Shown: one piece after another, positions 18,342-28,527 of the stretch
Layout: every line of letters starts with the position of its first letter
Position numbering within the stretch: position 1 is the stretch's first letter
From: Candidatus Cloacimonadota bacterium
GTDB lineage: Bacteria > Cloacimonadota > Cloacimonadia > JGIOTU-2
Direction: 5' to 3'
Assembly (NCBI GenBank): GCA_030611765.1
Contig: JAUWPE010000002.1
Span: forward strand, 1 to 49,055
DNA: 49,055 nucleotides
Notes under the pieces: model-generated
What the model was told of the DNA's origin: nothing
Seen by the model: the letters and a program-made list of their open reading frames with translations, nothing else
Databases searched by the model: none
Translations under genes and position numbers: made by a program

Positions 18342-20837
18342 TTATGAACTCGAGTCATTCGTTATTTCTTCTTCCCCAAACACTTTAGCCATTTTAAGCA
18401 GTATCGGAGTTACAAAAAAATCTGCCAATAATGCAGCCGCAATACCGGAAGAAGCTAATAATCCCATATGAGATAATACTTTTGCATCAGAAGTAAGATA
18501 AGCGGAAAAATTCAAAACCAATACAGCCGAAGTAGCAAACAAAGCCGAACCGATTATAATAAATGTTCTTCGGATAGCGGAATGATAACTACCTGTTCGG
18601 TCAAATTCAAGATGACTGTGATTGATAAAGTGAATCGTATCATCCACCGCAAGTCCGAGCAGCATCGGCATGATCGTAACCGTCATCATATCTAACGGAA
18701 TATCTGCAAATCCCATAATTCCACCAACGACAAGAGCAGGTGCGATATTCGGGATTATTCCGATAAGTCCGGTTTTGATACTTCCAAAAACGAATATCAA
18801 TAAAACAGCGATTAAACCCAATGCTATCAGAAATGATTTGATCTGTCCAAAGGCAACGATATCCTGCATCGCAGTATATTTTGCTAAGGTTCCTGCTTTA
18901 ATAAGGTGCGCTTCTGGAAACAATTCGTTCGTTCTTTTGGAGATATAGGCAAGTTCGTGTTCTAGCTCGGTTGAATTATAATTTTTTAATTCCACCATTA
19001 TATGCAACCGTTGTTCATCATAATCCAGCCATCTTTCCGCTTCCGAACCGCCCGCATTCTCATAGAGCAGCATTATTTGAGCAATTATCTGTTTTTCGAT
19101 CTCGTTTTTTTCGTCTTGAGAAAGATCCATTTCCCGATATTCCGTAATATCATCGATGGACGGTATCTTATAAAATTCAGGATTCCCTTCATTCAACACC
19201 TGATTAATATCTTTAACTATATCGAGTAACGAGCTTGTTTTCTTGGTTAATTTCAGAGCTTTAACTTCATACTCAAGTATTTCGAATTTCCGCAGATTTT
19301 CCGGAATTTTCGCATCTCCCGGATTGGGAAATTCTATCCCGAGATCATAAGAATAGATGGACCCGATTTTGGAATCTCCGATATATAATAATCTCTTTGC
19401 GTAAGGAATTTTGTCTCCCATTGTTCGCTTGATGTCAAAAGATACTTCAACTTTCGTTAAACCCCAGATACAAACGATAATGATAATTCCAAAAGCTATC
19501 AGAATAGGAATTGGACGCTTCACGATACAATCGTTCAATTTTCCCATTGATCTTTCTAACAGCGGTGTTTTCTTTTTTCCGACATATTTGGCTGTTTTCT
19601 TTTTTTTACCGAAACTAAGAAGAGACGGTAATAATATCAGCGTTAAAAAATATGTTATGAGGACCAATGAAGCCGAAGTGAGACCGATCCAGCGAAGAGG
19701 TTTTACTGCAACAAAAAGAAATGACATCAAAGCAACAATAGTAGTGAGAGCTGTAAAAAGGATGGGCCAGCCGGTTTCTTCTATGGAAAAAATAGCTGCC
19801 TGTTTTGGATTTTCACCTTCACGAACTGCACGCTTATAAAAAGTAAATACATGAATCGAATAGCCCACGGAAACAGCGAATCCCAGAAACATCGGTAATG
19901 ATATCATACTGGGATCCATTTTTATTCCCATATATCCTTGAATGCCAAAAATAATGATCATAGAACTGATCGCACTGATAATCGGGAAAATAACTCCGCG
20001 TAATGATCTTAAAAATATAATGAGAACCATAACAGCCAGTAAAAGAGCCAGACCCATTAGGCGTGGTGTTTCCTTTTCAAACCATATCCGTTTTTCATAA
20101 TTTACCACCGGCATCCCGGCTCTTTTAGGATTCAGGATCTGATATTTTTCCTGATCTGTGATTTGTTTGAAAACATGACCGACGATAATCTCGGGCGATT
20201 CCGGTTTAGAAGTATCAAATCCCTCAAAAAACTGAGGAAATTCTTCTGCTGTTCTTTGAATGAATTGCAAATATTCCTTATCTGTTTCCCAATTTTCGGG
20301 GAATGTTTTCAGGCGAAGCATGATCCAGGTTTGATCACATTCTTTCGAGAGAAGTTTTCCTGCCAGATTTTGTTTGGAAAGAGCAAGTTGACGCAGTTTC
20401 TCCAATTCTGCTTTATCGGTGGGAATTTCAGCAGGAATCAGGTCGATGATCTCCATACCGTATTCTGTTCCGAGACTGAATTCAAAATGTGTTATTGAGA
20501 GAACTTCATCTGCGAGAGGAATATAATATTCCATCTCATTACTCAGTTCACGGATTTTGTTTAAAACTTCCGGTTGGAAGATATCGTCGGTTTCCACAAG
20601 AACTGCAGCATAATCGCTATTTCCGAAAATATCTTCAAACTCCTCTTGTGCTATCAATGCCGGATCATTTTCTAAAAACCAATTGTCATTTGAAGTATCT
20701 GTTTTGATCTTCTTTAATCCTGCAAAAGAAACTACCATGATCAATAGAAAAAGTGCAATATTCAGCCAACGCATTTTAACTATTCTTTCGCCTATTTTGG
20801 CGAACCTTTGATTGATCTTGTGTAAATTTAAACCCAT
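18342..20837 (-). CDS. MMPL/RND-superfamily exporter (12 TM, two large periplasmic loops)
   Basis: Duplicated 6-TM plus loop architecture and conserved GLAVDDTIHF near the C-terminal TM bundle. Start set at M25, which is preceded by AAAGGA. Confidence 0.8.
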   Translation of the reverse strand: MGLNLHKINQRFAKIGERIVKMRWLNIALFLLIMVVSFAGLKKIKTDTSNDNWFLENDPALIAQEEFEDIFGNSDYAAVLVETDDIFQPEVLNKIRELSNEMEYYIPLADEVLSITHFEFSLGTEYGMEIIDLIPAEIPTDKAELEKLRQLALSKQNLAGKLLSKECDQTWIMLRLKTFPENWETDKEYLQFIQRTAEEFPQFFEGFDTSKPESPEIIVGHVFKQITDQEKYQILNPKRAGMPVVNYEKRIWFEKETPRLMGLALLLAVMVLIIFLRSLRGVIFPIISAISSMIIIFGIQGYMGIKMDPSMISLPMFLGFAVSVGYSIHVFTFYKRAVREGENPKQAAIFSIEETGWPILFTALTTIVALMSFLFVAVKPLRWIGLTSASLVLITYFLTLILLPSLLSFGKKKKTAKYVGKKKTPLLERSMGKLNDCIVKRPIPILIAFGIIIIVCIWGLTKVEVSFDIKRTMGDKIPYAKRLLYIGDSKIGSIYSYDLGIEFPNPGDAKIPENLRKFEILEYEVKALKLTKKTSSLLDIVKDINQVLNEGNPEFYKIPSIDDITEYREMDLSQDEKNEIEKQIIAQIMLLYENAGGSEAERWLDYDEQRLHIMVELKNYNSTELEHELAYISKRTNELFPEAHLIKAGTLAKYTAMQDIVAFGQIKSFLIALGLIAVLLIFVFGSIKTGLIGIIPNIAPALVVGGIMGFADIPLDMMTVTIMPMLLGLAVDDTIHFINHSHLEFDRTGSYHSAIRRTFIIIGSALFATSAVLVLNFSAYLTSDAKVLSHMGLLASSGIAAALLADFFVTPILLKMAKVFGEEEITNDSSS

Positions 20838-20974
20838 TTTTATTTCCTTTCTTTTGGAACTTACCTTGAAAAGGTTTATAAGACTTCTCTTCCTGCTGAA
20901 CCTTTTCAACGGTTTTTAATATCATCTAACTTCAACCATTGCGAAGGTCTGCGACCATTCGCAAGGTTTCATTC

Positions 20975-22189
20975 CTAAAAACTATATTTCACCTTAAACC
21001 ATATTTGGCTGTTATCTTCATAACTTCCGAAATAACCTTCATCGCCTGCAAAAATATCCACACCGCAAAAAAGGTGTAATTCATCGGTCACCGCATAATC
21101 TATCGCGATCTGATCATAAATGTCTTTCTCATTGAAACCGTAATAAATCATATTGGAAAATTCCAATGTTTGACGCAGGATTTTTTTGGAAATATTCAAT
21201 GTTGCTAACGAATTATTTTCATCTGTTTCAAAATCGTCATCGTATTTCAGGATCATATCATTGGCAAATTGGAAACTAAAAGTCCAATCATCACCCGGAT
21301 ACCAATCAACACCTATCATTGCTTTCAGCAGATCTTTTTTATCTGTTTTGTCATCAGCAGAAAGATTTCTGAAGAATTTATTTTGATAAAACGCAATTTC
21401 GGAACGGACTACAAAATCACCGATCGGCTTATTCATTTCCATACCGAGATATTTCAGACGATGATGTTCCGGTTGCAGATAAGTTGTATCATTTACAGTT
21501 TGCTCGTGAATCGTGGGCAGATCATTCCAAGTATAAAAACCGGAAAAAGCAAGGTCGATTCCCGAAAGATATAAGGAAATTTTTCCCGCAATTTCGCTGT
21601 TTTCCAAACTTTTTTCCGGTTCTATCGTTTGTTTGAATACCGTCTCATTGTCAGTCTGATATGCTTGAGATATTTTCCACGGATTATCTTTGGAAGGCAA
21701 AACAGATGCTTTAAAGAAAGGCAGCCAGATTATTTCAAAATCAGCAAAACCCGGTAGCCAGCGAAATTTTACAGATTCTACCGGAATTCGGATATCATCA
21801 AAATCGCGGGTAATGAATTCGGTGTAATCTCCCGGACAAATAATATCCGTGATCTGCATTCCATCTGCTTTTCCCCAGGTAATTATCTGCCGTCCCACAC
21901 GAATATCCCATTTGGAAGCAACATATTCTATAAATGCTTCCCGCAGTTCTATTCCGGTTTCATCTTTCAAGATATTGTTGCTTGTTGCGTTGAAAGAGGT
22001 AAAGAAGGAAGCTTCTTCGATCTGATAAAACATCTCTCCTCGAAAACGAGTGCGTGATGCGTTGAATTCGTGTTCTCCCTTCAAACACACTGCATGATAG
22101 GTGTCTATAAATCCGTTAAATTCCAAATCGGAAGCGGACAAATATAAAAATGTTCCGAGCAAACCGATTATCAGGAATAACTTTTTCAT
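20975..22189 (-). CDS. Outer-membrane beta-barrel protein (DUF1302-like partner of the MMPL exporter)
   Basis: Signal peptide, beta-strand periodicity and the C-terminal FKVKYSF. Overlaps the upstream LolA-like gene by 4 nt. Confidence 0.5.
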   Translation of the reverse strand: MKKLFLIIGLLGTFLYLSASDLEFNGFIDTYHAVCLKGEHEFNASRTRFRGEMFYQIEEASFFTSFNATSNNILKDETGIELREAFIEYVASKWDIRVGRQIITWGKADGMQITDIICPGDYTEFITRDFDDIRIPVESVKFRWLPGFADFEIIWLPFFKASVLPSKDNPWKISQAYQTDNETVFKQTIEPEKSLENSEIAGKISLYLSGIDLAFSGFYTWNDLPTIHEQTVNDTTYLQPEHHRLKYLGMEMNKPIGDFVVRSEIAFYQNKFFRNLSADDKTDKKDLLKAMIGVDWYPGDDWTFSFQFANDMILKYDDDFETDENNSLATLNISKKILRQTLEFSNMIYYGFNEKDIYDQIAIDYAVTDELHLFCGVDIFAGDEGYFGSYEDNSQIWFKVKYSF

Positions 22190-22968
22190 TTCAATCTACC
22201 TCGCTCGATAGCGGAAACGGTAAACATATTATCTTTCAGATCCTGATTGATGTTTATTTTATTAAATTTGAGAACAGTCTGATGTTTCTCCGCTTTATTA
22301 TCCATGAACATTTCATGAGCTGTCCAAATACCGTCAACCTGCTTGATATTGCTGATGGTGAGTGTTTTCATCAAACCAAGTTTATCGTAATATTCTACTT
22401 TTACAGACATTTTCACATCTTGTCGAACCCAAACAATTTTCTTCGCATACATATTGTCCTTTTCTTTTGGAATCGATTCAACCACCCAGCAAAGCTGTTC
22501 ATTCAGCTCTTCTTCTCTTAACAAAGTATGAGTATCTTCATCCACATTGCGACCGCCCATATCGTCATAAGTAAAATCAGAACCCATGAAATAATCATTC
22601 TCGGAAGAACCGCTGATCCTGCGAACTTTTTTCAGTGCCGGCATATAAAGCCAACGGTCATCATCTTTGTTGTTATCATCATATTCCCACGAAAGAAATC
22701 CGGTTCCTTTTACATCAGCAGGTTTTTGAAAGATCATAACTGTTTTAGAATCTTTGCCATAATCTTTGTTGTAACTGAGAACTTGCCGAATTCTTTTTCT
22801 GCCCCGTTTATTGATCAGGATCATTTCCATTTCAACTCTGCGGTCATTTCCATCATCCCGCTCATCCACCAGCACCATAATATCACGACCGGAAAGCTCT
22901 ATTGCCTGCAATTTCACGACCTGAAATATGGTTACGATCATCACGATTAATACAATTACTTTTTTCAT
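22186..22968 (-). CDS. Outer-membrane lipoprotein-sorting (LolA-like) protein
   Basis: Signal peptide. RWLYMPALKKVRRISG and YAKKIVWVRQD...VEYYDKLGLMKTL resemble the LolA_like family commonly found next to MMPL exporters. Confidence 0.7.
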   Translation of the reverse strand: MKKVIVLIVMIVTIFQVVKLQAIELSGRDIMVLVDERDDGNDRRVEMEMILINKRGRKRIRQVLSYNKDYGKDSKTVMIFQKPADVKGTGFLSWEYDDNNKDDDRWLYMPALKKVRRISGSSENDYFMGSDFTYDDMGGRNVDEDTHTLLREEELNEQLCWVVESIPKEKDNMYAKKIVWVRQDVKMSVKVEYYDKLGLMKTLTISNIKQVDGIWTAHEMFMDNKAEKHQTVLKFNKININQDLKDNMFTVSAIERGRLK

Positions 22969-22997
22969 TTATTTTTACTCCTTTTTTATTTAATGAT

Positions 22998-23016
22998 ATT
23001 GAGACGCAATCTCAAT
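22998..23016 (-). promoter_or_regulatory. Palindromic operator copy 2 (ATTGAGATTGCGTCTCAAT)
   Basis: Perfect 7-5-7 palindrome 30 nt upstream of start 22968. Confidence 0.55.
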
Positions 23017-23046
23017 CGATGAATAAAAAAATATAGCCTACACTAT

Positions 23047-23535
23047 TTACTCATCGCAACTCCTTATTTTTTTCTTCGATAGAACAACTGTTTTACTCAT
23101 AATTATTCCGGGTCTCTTTATGATTTGAAAACCTGTCTTTTGAGCGTCTGCAATCACTTTATCGAAACATTCTTTGGAAGTATGCATTCTGGGTTCGGAA
23201 AGGAATAATATTCCATCAGGCTTCAGAAGGCTGTGTATCTGTTTCAAAAAGTCAAGAGCATCCGGTGTTTCGTGGATCATCCAGAAGGCAAGAGCAAAAT
23301 CGAGTTTTTCTTCGATACCGATTTTATCCACAAAACATTGATGCGTTTCGATAATATCGGCAACATTTGCTTTTTCGGCTCGCTTCATCAACCTATCCAG
23401 CATTCCTTTTTGCAAATCGACAGAACGAACCCTTCCTTTTTCTCCAACCATTTTCGCCAGACCGATAGAGAAGCAACCGAGTCCGCAGCCAATATCCATT
23501 ACGGTCATTCCTTCTTTTACATATTCTTTTTTCAT
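23047..23535 (-). CDS. Class I SAM-dependent methyltransferase
   Basis: Motif I VMDIGCGLGCFS, followed by VRSVDL and ILFLSEP, which are typical post-I motifs. Confidence 0.75.
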   Translation of the reverse strand: MKKEYVKEGMTVMDIGCGLGCFSIGLAKMVGEKGRVRSVDLQKGMLDRLMKRAEKANVADIIETHQCFVDKIGIEEKLDFALAFWMIHETPDALDFLKQIHSLLKPDGILFLSEPRMHTSKECFDKVIADAQKTGFQIIKRPGIIMSKTVVLSKKKIRSCDE

Positions 23536-23568
23536 ATTTTTTTACTTTCTTTTTAATTTTTATACGAG

Positions 23569-23587
23569 AATGAGACACAATCTCAAT
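23569..23587 (-). promoter_or_regulatory. Palindromic operator copy 3 (ATTGAGATTGTGTCTCATT) with upstream TTGACA
   Basis: Lies 34 nt upstream of start 23535. TTGACA at 23606-23601. Confidence 0.55.
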
Positions 23588-23629
23588 TATAAAAAATATA
23601 TGTCAAGCTTTTTCTGGTTTTTTTCTTAA

Positions 23630-24286
23630 TTATATTGAATAAGGTCCCGGAATCAATCTCCATCCCCAAATATATTCCAGAACTGTCCAAGCACATAAAA
23701 GCCCGAAATACGACCAGAACATTATTGAGTTAATGCCTTTATTCTTCTTCGCTTTATAAATAGAAAAACCTGCTAAAATTAGAAAAATCCCACACATTAT
23801 ATAAGTTGTGAAATGCGTTTTGGAAAGCACTTCATATTGGAAGATCAATATGTAATGCATAGACCAGATCAATAAGAAACTGGAAAGGGAGAATTGAACA
23901 GGAACAGGTAAATGCTTTCTTAAATTCAGGAATAGAAAGATCATTAAAAGCAAAATTGGAAGAAAATTCCAATGTGCTATTTCCACTGTTGCATCTTTAA
24001 TATACAGATCAGCATTTTCCAAAAATTCTCCGGAAAATCCCCAGAGAGAAATTCCGGCAAAAATAGCTAGCGTGTTGCTCCAAAATTGATTTATTTTCAT
24101 TTTAGGGGAAATGAAAAAGAGACAGATTCCCAACAAAAGCAAGAACAAACCTGCAAAGAGGTAAGGAATCTCACCTATCCGGCTGGTGATTACCAAAAGC
24201 ATATAGGTAATACCGAAGAAAAAAAGTGTGAGCGAAACTGTATTAAGGGCGATCTTTTTTGTATTATTCATTTTTAAAACCTGCAA
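23630..24286 (-). CDS. Integral membrane protein (about 6 TM), unknown function
   Basis: Hydrophobic-helix pattern. The start could be M6 (24271). Confidence 0.4.
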   Translation of the reverse strand: MQVLKMNNTKKIALNTVSLTLFFFGITYMLLVITSRIGEIPYLFAGLFLLLLGICLFFISPKMKINQFWSNTLAIFAGISLWGFSGEFLENADLYIKDATVEIAHWNFLPILLLMIFLFLNLRKHLPVPVQFSLSSFLLIWSMHYILIFQYEVLSKTHFTTYIMCGIFLILAGFSIYKAKKNKGINSIMFWSYFGLLCAWTVLEYIWGWRLIPGPYSI

Positions 24287-24337
24287 ATTTTATTTTAATA
24301 AAACTCATAAATACAATATTAAACATATATACCTGCC

Positions 24338-24904
24338 TTACTTAGTTTTCATTAAGGAATCAGAAATCATACATTTAAAATCATCAAACTCAAGGTACTT
24401 GTATATTTGTTTAAACGAATCCAATGTTTTGTTGATACTTTCAGTAAAAACATTCGATGTAATAGTAGCACCGGATACTAAGTAAGAAGGTCTTTCATCA
24501 GTTTCAATATTTTGTTTAGAAAGTACGGAAAAAATTTTGGATTTGAGAATGTTCTGCACATAGGGCTTTGTGTCATCAGAAAGAACAAATATTATTGTTT
24601 CGATATTTCCATCCTGATCTAAAATTATTAAAAGATTACTGTAGCCCTTATATCCTTTAAAAGACGTATAGTCAGAAGTGGATAACGCAATATGCACCGT
24701 TGAATCAGAGGTTGCCACGGCAAATCTGCCAACGGTTGAATTAATGATTTTTATTTCATTTTCCGGAAAAAGCTCTCGGATTTCAGTGATGAATTCCTTG
24801 TCATTCATCCTAGCATATTCAAGGGTGTTATGAGACTTTTTTGCATTTAATCCCAGAGAATTAAAAAATAAAAATGTTATAAGTAATAAAATTAATTTTT
24901 TCAT
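24338..24904 (-). CDS. Secreted FMN-binding-domain protein
   Basis: Signal peptide from M15 (MKKLILLLITFLFF). YLVSGATITSNV matches the SGAT(I/L)TS flavinylation motif of FMN_bind domains (NqrC/RnfG-type). Confidence 0.55.
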   Translation of the reverse strand: MKKLILLLITFLFFNSLGLNAKKSHNTLEYARMNDKEFITEIRELFPENEIKIINSTVGRFAVATSDSTVHIALSTSDYTSFKGYKGYSNLLIILDQDGNIETIIFVLSDDTKPYVQNILKSKIFSVLSKQNIETDERPSYLVSGATITSNVFTESINKTLDSFKQIYKYLEFDDFKCMISDSLMKTK

Positions 24905-24960
24905 AACAAATCCTAAGAAGGGGGGATACCAATCTGGTATCCCCACTGGTTGATATTTTA

Positions 24961-25908
24961 TTAATAGAAGGTGTACATTAGTCCGATTTTCAAAGTGTAA
25001 TCCGGGACTGTGTTATTTTTGAAGGAATAGGGAATACCGAAATGACAAAATATTTTTCTCTTTTCATAATCCAGACCGTAGGGTCTTATTTCTAATGAAA
25101 GAGCCGCTTTATGGATATAAAACATTTCTTCGAAGCACGTGTTATTTTGCCATGTTTTTTCTTTCTTTAGATTTGTCCAGCCACTTACTCCAGCGCCCAA
25201 TCCAATTACCGGGTGAATATCATATTCAAACTTGAACATGTAATTAATTCTGTCAGCAAGTTCGACGCCCGATTTTCCATATGCGGGTTTTCCCTGAGTG
25301 TTTTCAACTTTCTTTGCTTGTCCGCGATACCAATAGAGAAGATGTCCGGCAAAATCGATAGGTCCAATCCCACCATGAGTCAGAAAACCTGATTTCAATT
25401 CATCAGCACCATTTGAAACGGACTTTGTTATAAGATCTTCATCTTTACAGAGAGGAATCTTATAACCTGCTCCAAAACTTAGTTTCATATAGGTGAAAGG
25501 TTTCAGTTCGGCAGCATCGAGGAATATGTACTTTGCACTCAACCACAATCCCGTGAGCGCAGACTCGTCAGTTTTGGTTAATTGGCTGTTTTTCAGCTTT
25601 TCTGTCTTAACATTGGTGAATTTTGCAAGAATACCAATGTCCATCTTTGTGGTGAGTCCGTATCCAATCCTGATCCCCAACTCTGTTTTCGTTTTCTTTT
25701 GTAATCCGGTGCCAGTAGCGATATCAACCATTTCACCTGTTGAGAAATCAAATTTCCGAGATGCATCAGTATAAGAAACATCTATCCGAGGCCAAATTGT
25801 TCCTTTCATAATACCCTTAGGGCAACCTAACACGTCTTCAGCCAATAAGTGGGCATTCATAGCAATGAAAGCCAGTGTCATGACTAGAATAATACCTGTT
25901 TTCTTCAT
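24961..25908 (-). CDS. Outer-membrane beta-barrel protein, unknown family
   Basis: Signal peptide, beta-strand periodicity and the C-terminal GLMYTFY. Confidence 0.5.
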   Translation of the reverse strand: MKKTGIILVMTLAFIAMNAHLLAEDVLGCPKGIMKGTIWPRIDVSYTDASRKFDFSTGEMVDIATGTGLQKKTKTELGIRIGYGLTTKMDIGILAKFTNVKTEKLKNSQLTKTDESALTGLWLSAKYIFLDAAELKPFTYMKLSFGAGYKIPLCKDEDLITKSVSNGADELKSGFLTHGGIGPIDFAGHLLYWYRGQAKKVENTQGKPAYGKSGVELADRINYMFKFEYDIHPVIGLGAGVSGWTNLKKEKTWQNNTCFEEMFYIHKAALSLEIRPYGLDYEKRKIFCHFGIPYSFKNNTVPDYTLKIGLMYTFY

Positions 25909-25957
25909 TTTCTTACTTCCTTTCTTTTATTTTGATAAAAACATAATTTAGCATAAG

Positions 25958-25976
25958 ATTAAGACGCAATCTCAAT
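25958..25976 (-). promoter_or_regulatory. Palindromic operator copy 4 (ATTGAGATTGCGTCTTAAT)
   Basis: Lies 50 nt upstream of start 25908. Confidence 0.5.
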
Positions 25977-25999
25977 ACACAATTAAAAAAATATACCAT

Positions 26000-27730
26000 C
26001 TACAGAATCAGATTGAGAATTCCACCAACAATAAGAGTAGAAAGAATCATGATTCCGGCAGATTTCAGCATATCAACAATCCCAAGTTCTTTGATTAACA
26101 TAGCAAAGGTTGCCACGCAGGGAAAATACATTGTCAGAACTACGGAAGCAATCACCATCTGGTTCATTGTTAATCCTAATGGAACAAGCATTCCAACTGC
26201 CACATCTTTTCTGAGGAAGCCAACAACCAATGCTCCAATTGCATCTTTGGGCAGACCAAGAATGCCAGTTACTACCGGTGCAGCAAGTTTGCCAATGAAC
26301 TCAATTATATGAAGTGCATAAAGAATGTTTACAATTAAAACTCCCAGGAGCACAAGAGGAACAGCTTCTTTCAAAAACCACAGAACTCTCATCCAGAGCT
26401 TTTTTAGAAGCGCTGGAAAATATGGAAAACGATACGGCGGTATCTCTACAAATATTTCAGGGCTTTCCCCTTTCAATATCAGATTCATTAGGACTCCGAG
26501 TATAACCCACACTATGAAAAGTGTGCCGAAGACAAGCATAAGTGCGGATGCTCCATACTTGCCAACCAGTCCAAATACCATTGCAATTTGAGCCATACAT
26601 GGAATTGCTATTGCCATAAGTGTTGCAGCAATAAAACGCTCTCTTTTAGTCTCTAATACCCTTGTTGCCATTGCACCAGGCACATTGCATCCTATTCCAA
26701 GTAACATAGGAATTATTGCTAAACCGTGAATTCCGAGCTTATGCATAAAATTATCAAGTAGAACTCCAAGGCGAGGAAGATAACCAGAATCTTCCAAAAA
26801 ACTTAACACAAGATAGAATGCTACAATATACGGTAAAACCATTGCAATGGGAACGAATAGTCCTGTTGTTAAGAGCCCCATTGATTCTACGAAATCTATT
26901 CCACCATCAATTAGTTTGCCAATCAAGACATCGTGAATAAATCCAGAAGAGCCTAACAATGCTGACAATTTCATCATTAAAGGTGCCCATAAATTTTCAA
27001 ATAAGGGTTCAAAAATATATCCAATCAATGATTCCCCGATAAAACGAACAATTTTAAATGAAAGAAATAAAACGATGATTGCAATTGGAATCCCTGTTAT
27101 GGAATGTATTGAAGCATCACCTATTCTTTCAAAAATTGTGTGATGGCGATGTGTTAACTTCTGGACTTCACTAATAATTTTGCCAATAGAGGACCATCTT
27201 CCTCCATCTTTGTATTGATATGTACTGACCTTCGGTTCTTTCAATCTTGATACAAGTTCTTTGATGCCTTCGCCAGTTATTCCGCAAGTTGGGACAACAG
27301 GAATTCCTAAAATTCTCTCCAGTTTTTCTATATCAATATGAACTCCTGTATGTTTTGTTTCATCCCAGAAATTCAGGCAGATGACAAGAGGTATCCCTTT
27401 TTTGATGAGCTGAAGAGTAAGACTTAGGTTTCTTTCAAGATTAGTAGCGTCCACAATATTTATTACAATTGTATCGTTATTATCATTTTCTTTGAGAGTA
27501 TCATTAAGCATCTTAACCGCGACTTCTTCTGCCATTGAAGTTGGTTCAAGAGTATAGGTGCCTGGCACATCAATTACTTCAGCTCTTTCACCTTCTAATC
27601 GCATGTATCCTTTTGTAAATTCAACTGTAGTTCCTGAATAGTTGGAAGCGATGACATGAACTCCTGTTAATCTTGAAAAAATAACACTCTTTCCAACATT
27701 TGGATTACCCATTAAAAGTATCTTTCTCAT
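26000..27730 (-). CDS. feoB: Ferrous iron transporter FeoB (short form)
   Basis: N-terminal G-domain LMGNPNVGKS and DVPGTYTL, followed by a polytopic membrane domain containing the gate motifs. Confidence 0.9.
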   Translation of the reverse strand: MRKILLMGNPNVGKSVIFSRLTGVHVIASNYSGTTVEFTKGYMRLEGERAEVIDVPGTYTLEPTSMAEEVAVKMLNDTLKENDNNDTIVINIVDATNLERNLSLTLQLIKKGIPLVICLNFWDETKHTGVHIDIEKLERILGIPVVPTCGITGEGIKELVSRLKEPKVSTYQYKDGGRWSSIGKIISEVQKLTHRHHTIFERIGDASIHSITGIPIAIIVLFLSFKIVRFIGESLIGYIFEPLFENLWAPLMMKLSALLGSSGFIHDVLIGKLIDGGIDFVESMGLLTTGLFVPIAMVLPYIVAFYLVLSFLEDSGYLPRLGVLLDNFMHKLGIHGLAIIPMLLGIGCNVPGAMATRVLETKRERFIAATLMAIAIPCMAQIAMVFGLVGKYGASALMLVFGTLFIVWVILGVLMNLILKGESPEIFVEIPPYRFPYFPALLKKLWMRVLWFLKEAVPLVLLGVLIVNILYALHIIEFIGKLAAPVVTGILGLPKDAIGALVVGFLRKDVAVGMLVPLGLTMNQMVIASVVLTMYFPCVATFAMLIKELGIVDMLKSAGIMILSTLIVGGILNLIL

Positions 27731-27805
27731 TTTTACACACCTAATATTTTACCACAAAGACACCCCGTTAAATCTGATTTTTATTTAACTGGGGTGTCTT
27801 AGTGG

Positions 27806-28039
27806 TTAAATTCTTTCTATAATAATTTTTTGAGCCATTCCAAATCCTAAAGCAACTTGAGTATTTCCAACTTGAACTGTGGTGGGACCCCGCATAAATT
27901 GTGAGGAAATTTTTCTTATTTTTGCTCCAACCCTAATCCCAAGTGATTCAATCCGCCGTCTGAGTCCATATCCCCCTTGAATTGCAACGATAATGCCCTC
28001 TTCTCCTGATTTCATCTGTGTTAAGTTGATATTTTCCAT
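27806..28039 (-). CDS. feoA: FeoA-family protein
   Basis: A 77-aa SH3-like protein (LTQMKSGEEGIIVAI...LGIRVGAKI) directly upstream of feoB. Confidence 0.8.
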   Translation of the reverse strand: MENINLTQMKSGEEGIIVAIQGGYGLRRRIESLGIRVGAKIRKISSQFMRGPTTVQVGNTQVALGFGMAQKIIIERI

Positions 28040-28042
28040 TCT

Positions 28043-28510
28043 TCACTCTCCTTCCCGCTCAGACTCATTTTTAGTTTCTTTTTTCTTCTGACAGTCAGAA
28101 CAAATACCATAAATTTTTAGACAATGTCCTGTCATCCTAAAATTATTTTCCAGAGCAACTTTTTTTTGTAACTCTTCTATTCCCTCGCATTGGAATTCAA
28201 TAATCTTACCGCATTCCTGACAGATGAGATGGTCATGATGCTCGTGCCCAAAAATATGCTCGTATAGATGCTTACCACTCTGCATTTGTATTCTGCTAAC
28301 AAAATGGCTTTTTTCTAAAAGATCCAAAGTTCTGTATACTGTTGCCCGAGAAATATTTTTCCCTTTCTGGTTCAGCTGAATAAACAAATCATCAGCAGTG
28401 AAATGATAATCATTATCAATAACCTGCTCAGTTATAATTTCTCTTTCTTTAGACCACAAAAAGTTGTGGCTCTTAAGGAAGTCTTTAAATTTTACTATTA
28501 CATTTTCCAT
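28043..28510 (-). CDS. fur: Fur-family metalloregulator
   Basis: DNA-binding helix SRATVYRTLDLL, the HHDHLICQECGKIIEF motif and the C-terminal CSDC. Start set at M12. Confidence 0.85.
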   Translation of the reverse strand: MENVIVKFKDFLKSHNFLWSKEREIITEQVIDNDYHFTADDLFIQLNQKGKNISRATVYRTLDLLEKSHFVSRIQMQSGKHLYEHIFGHEHHDHLICQECGKIIEFQCEGIEELQKKVALENNFRMTGHCLKIYGICSDCQKKKETKNESEREGE

Positions 28511-28527
28511 AAAAAAATCTTTATAAG

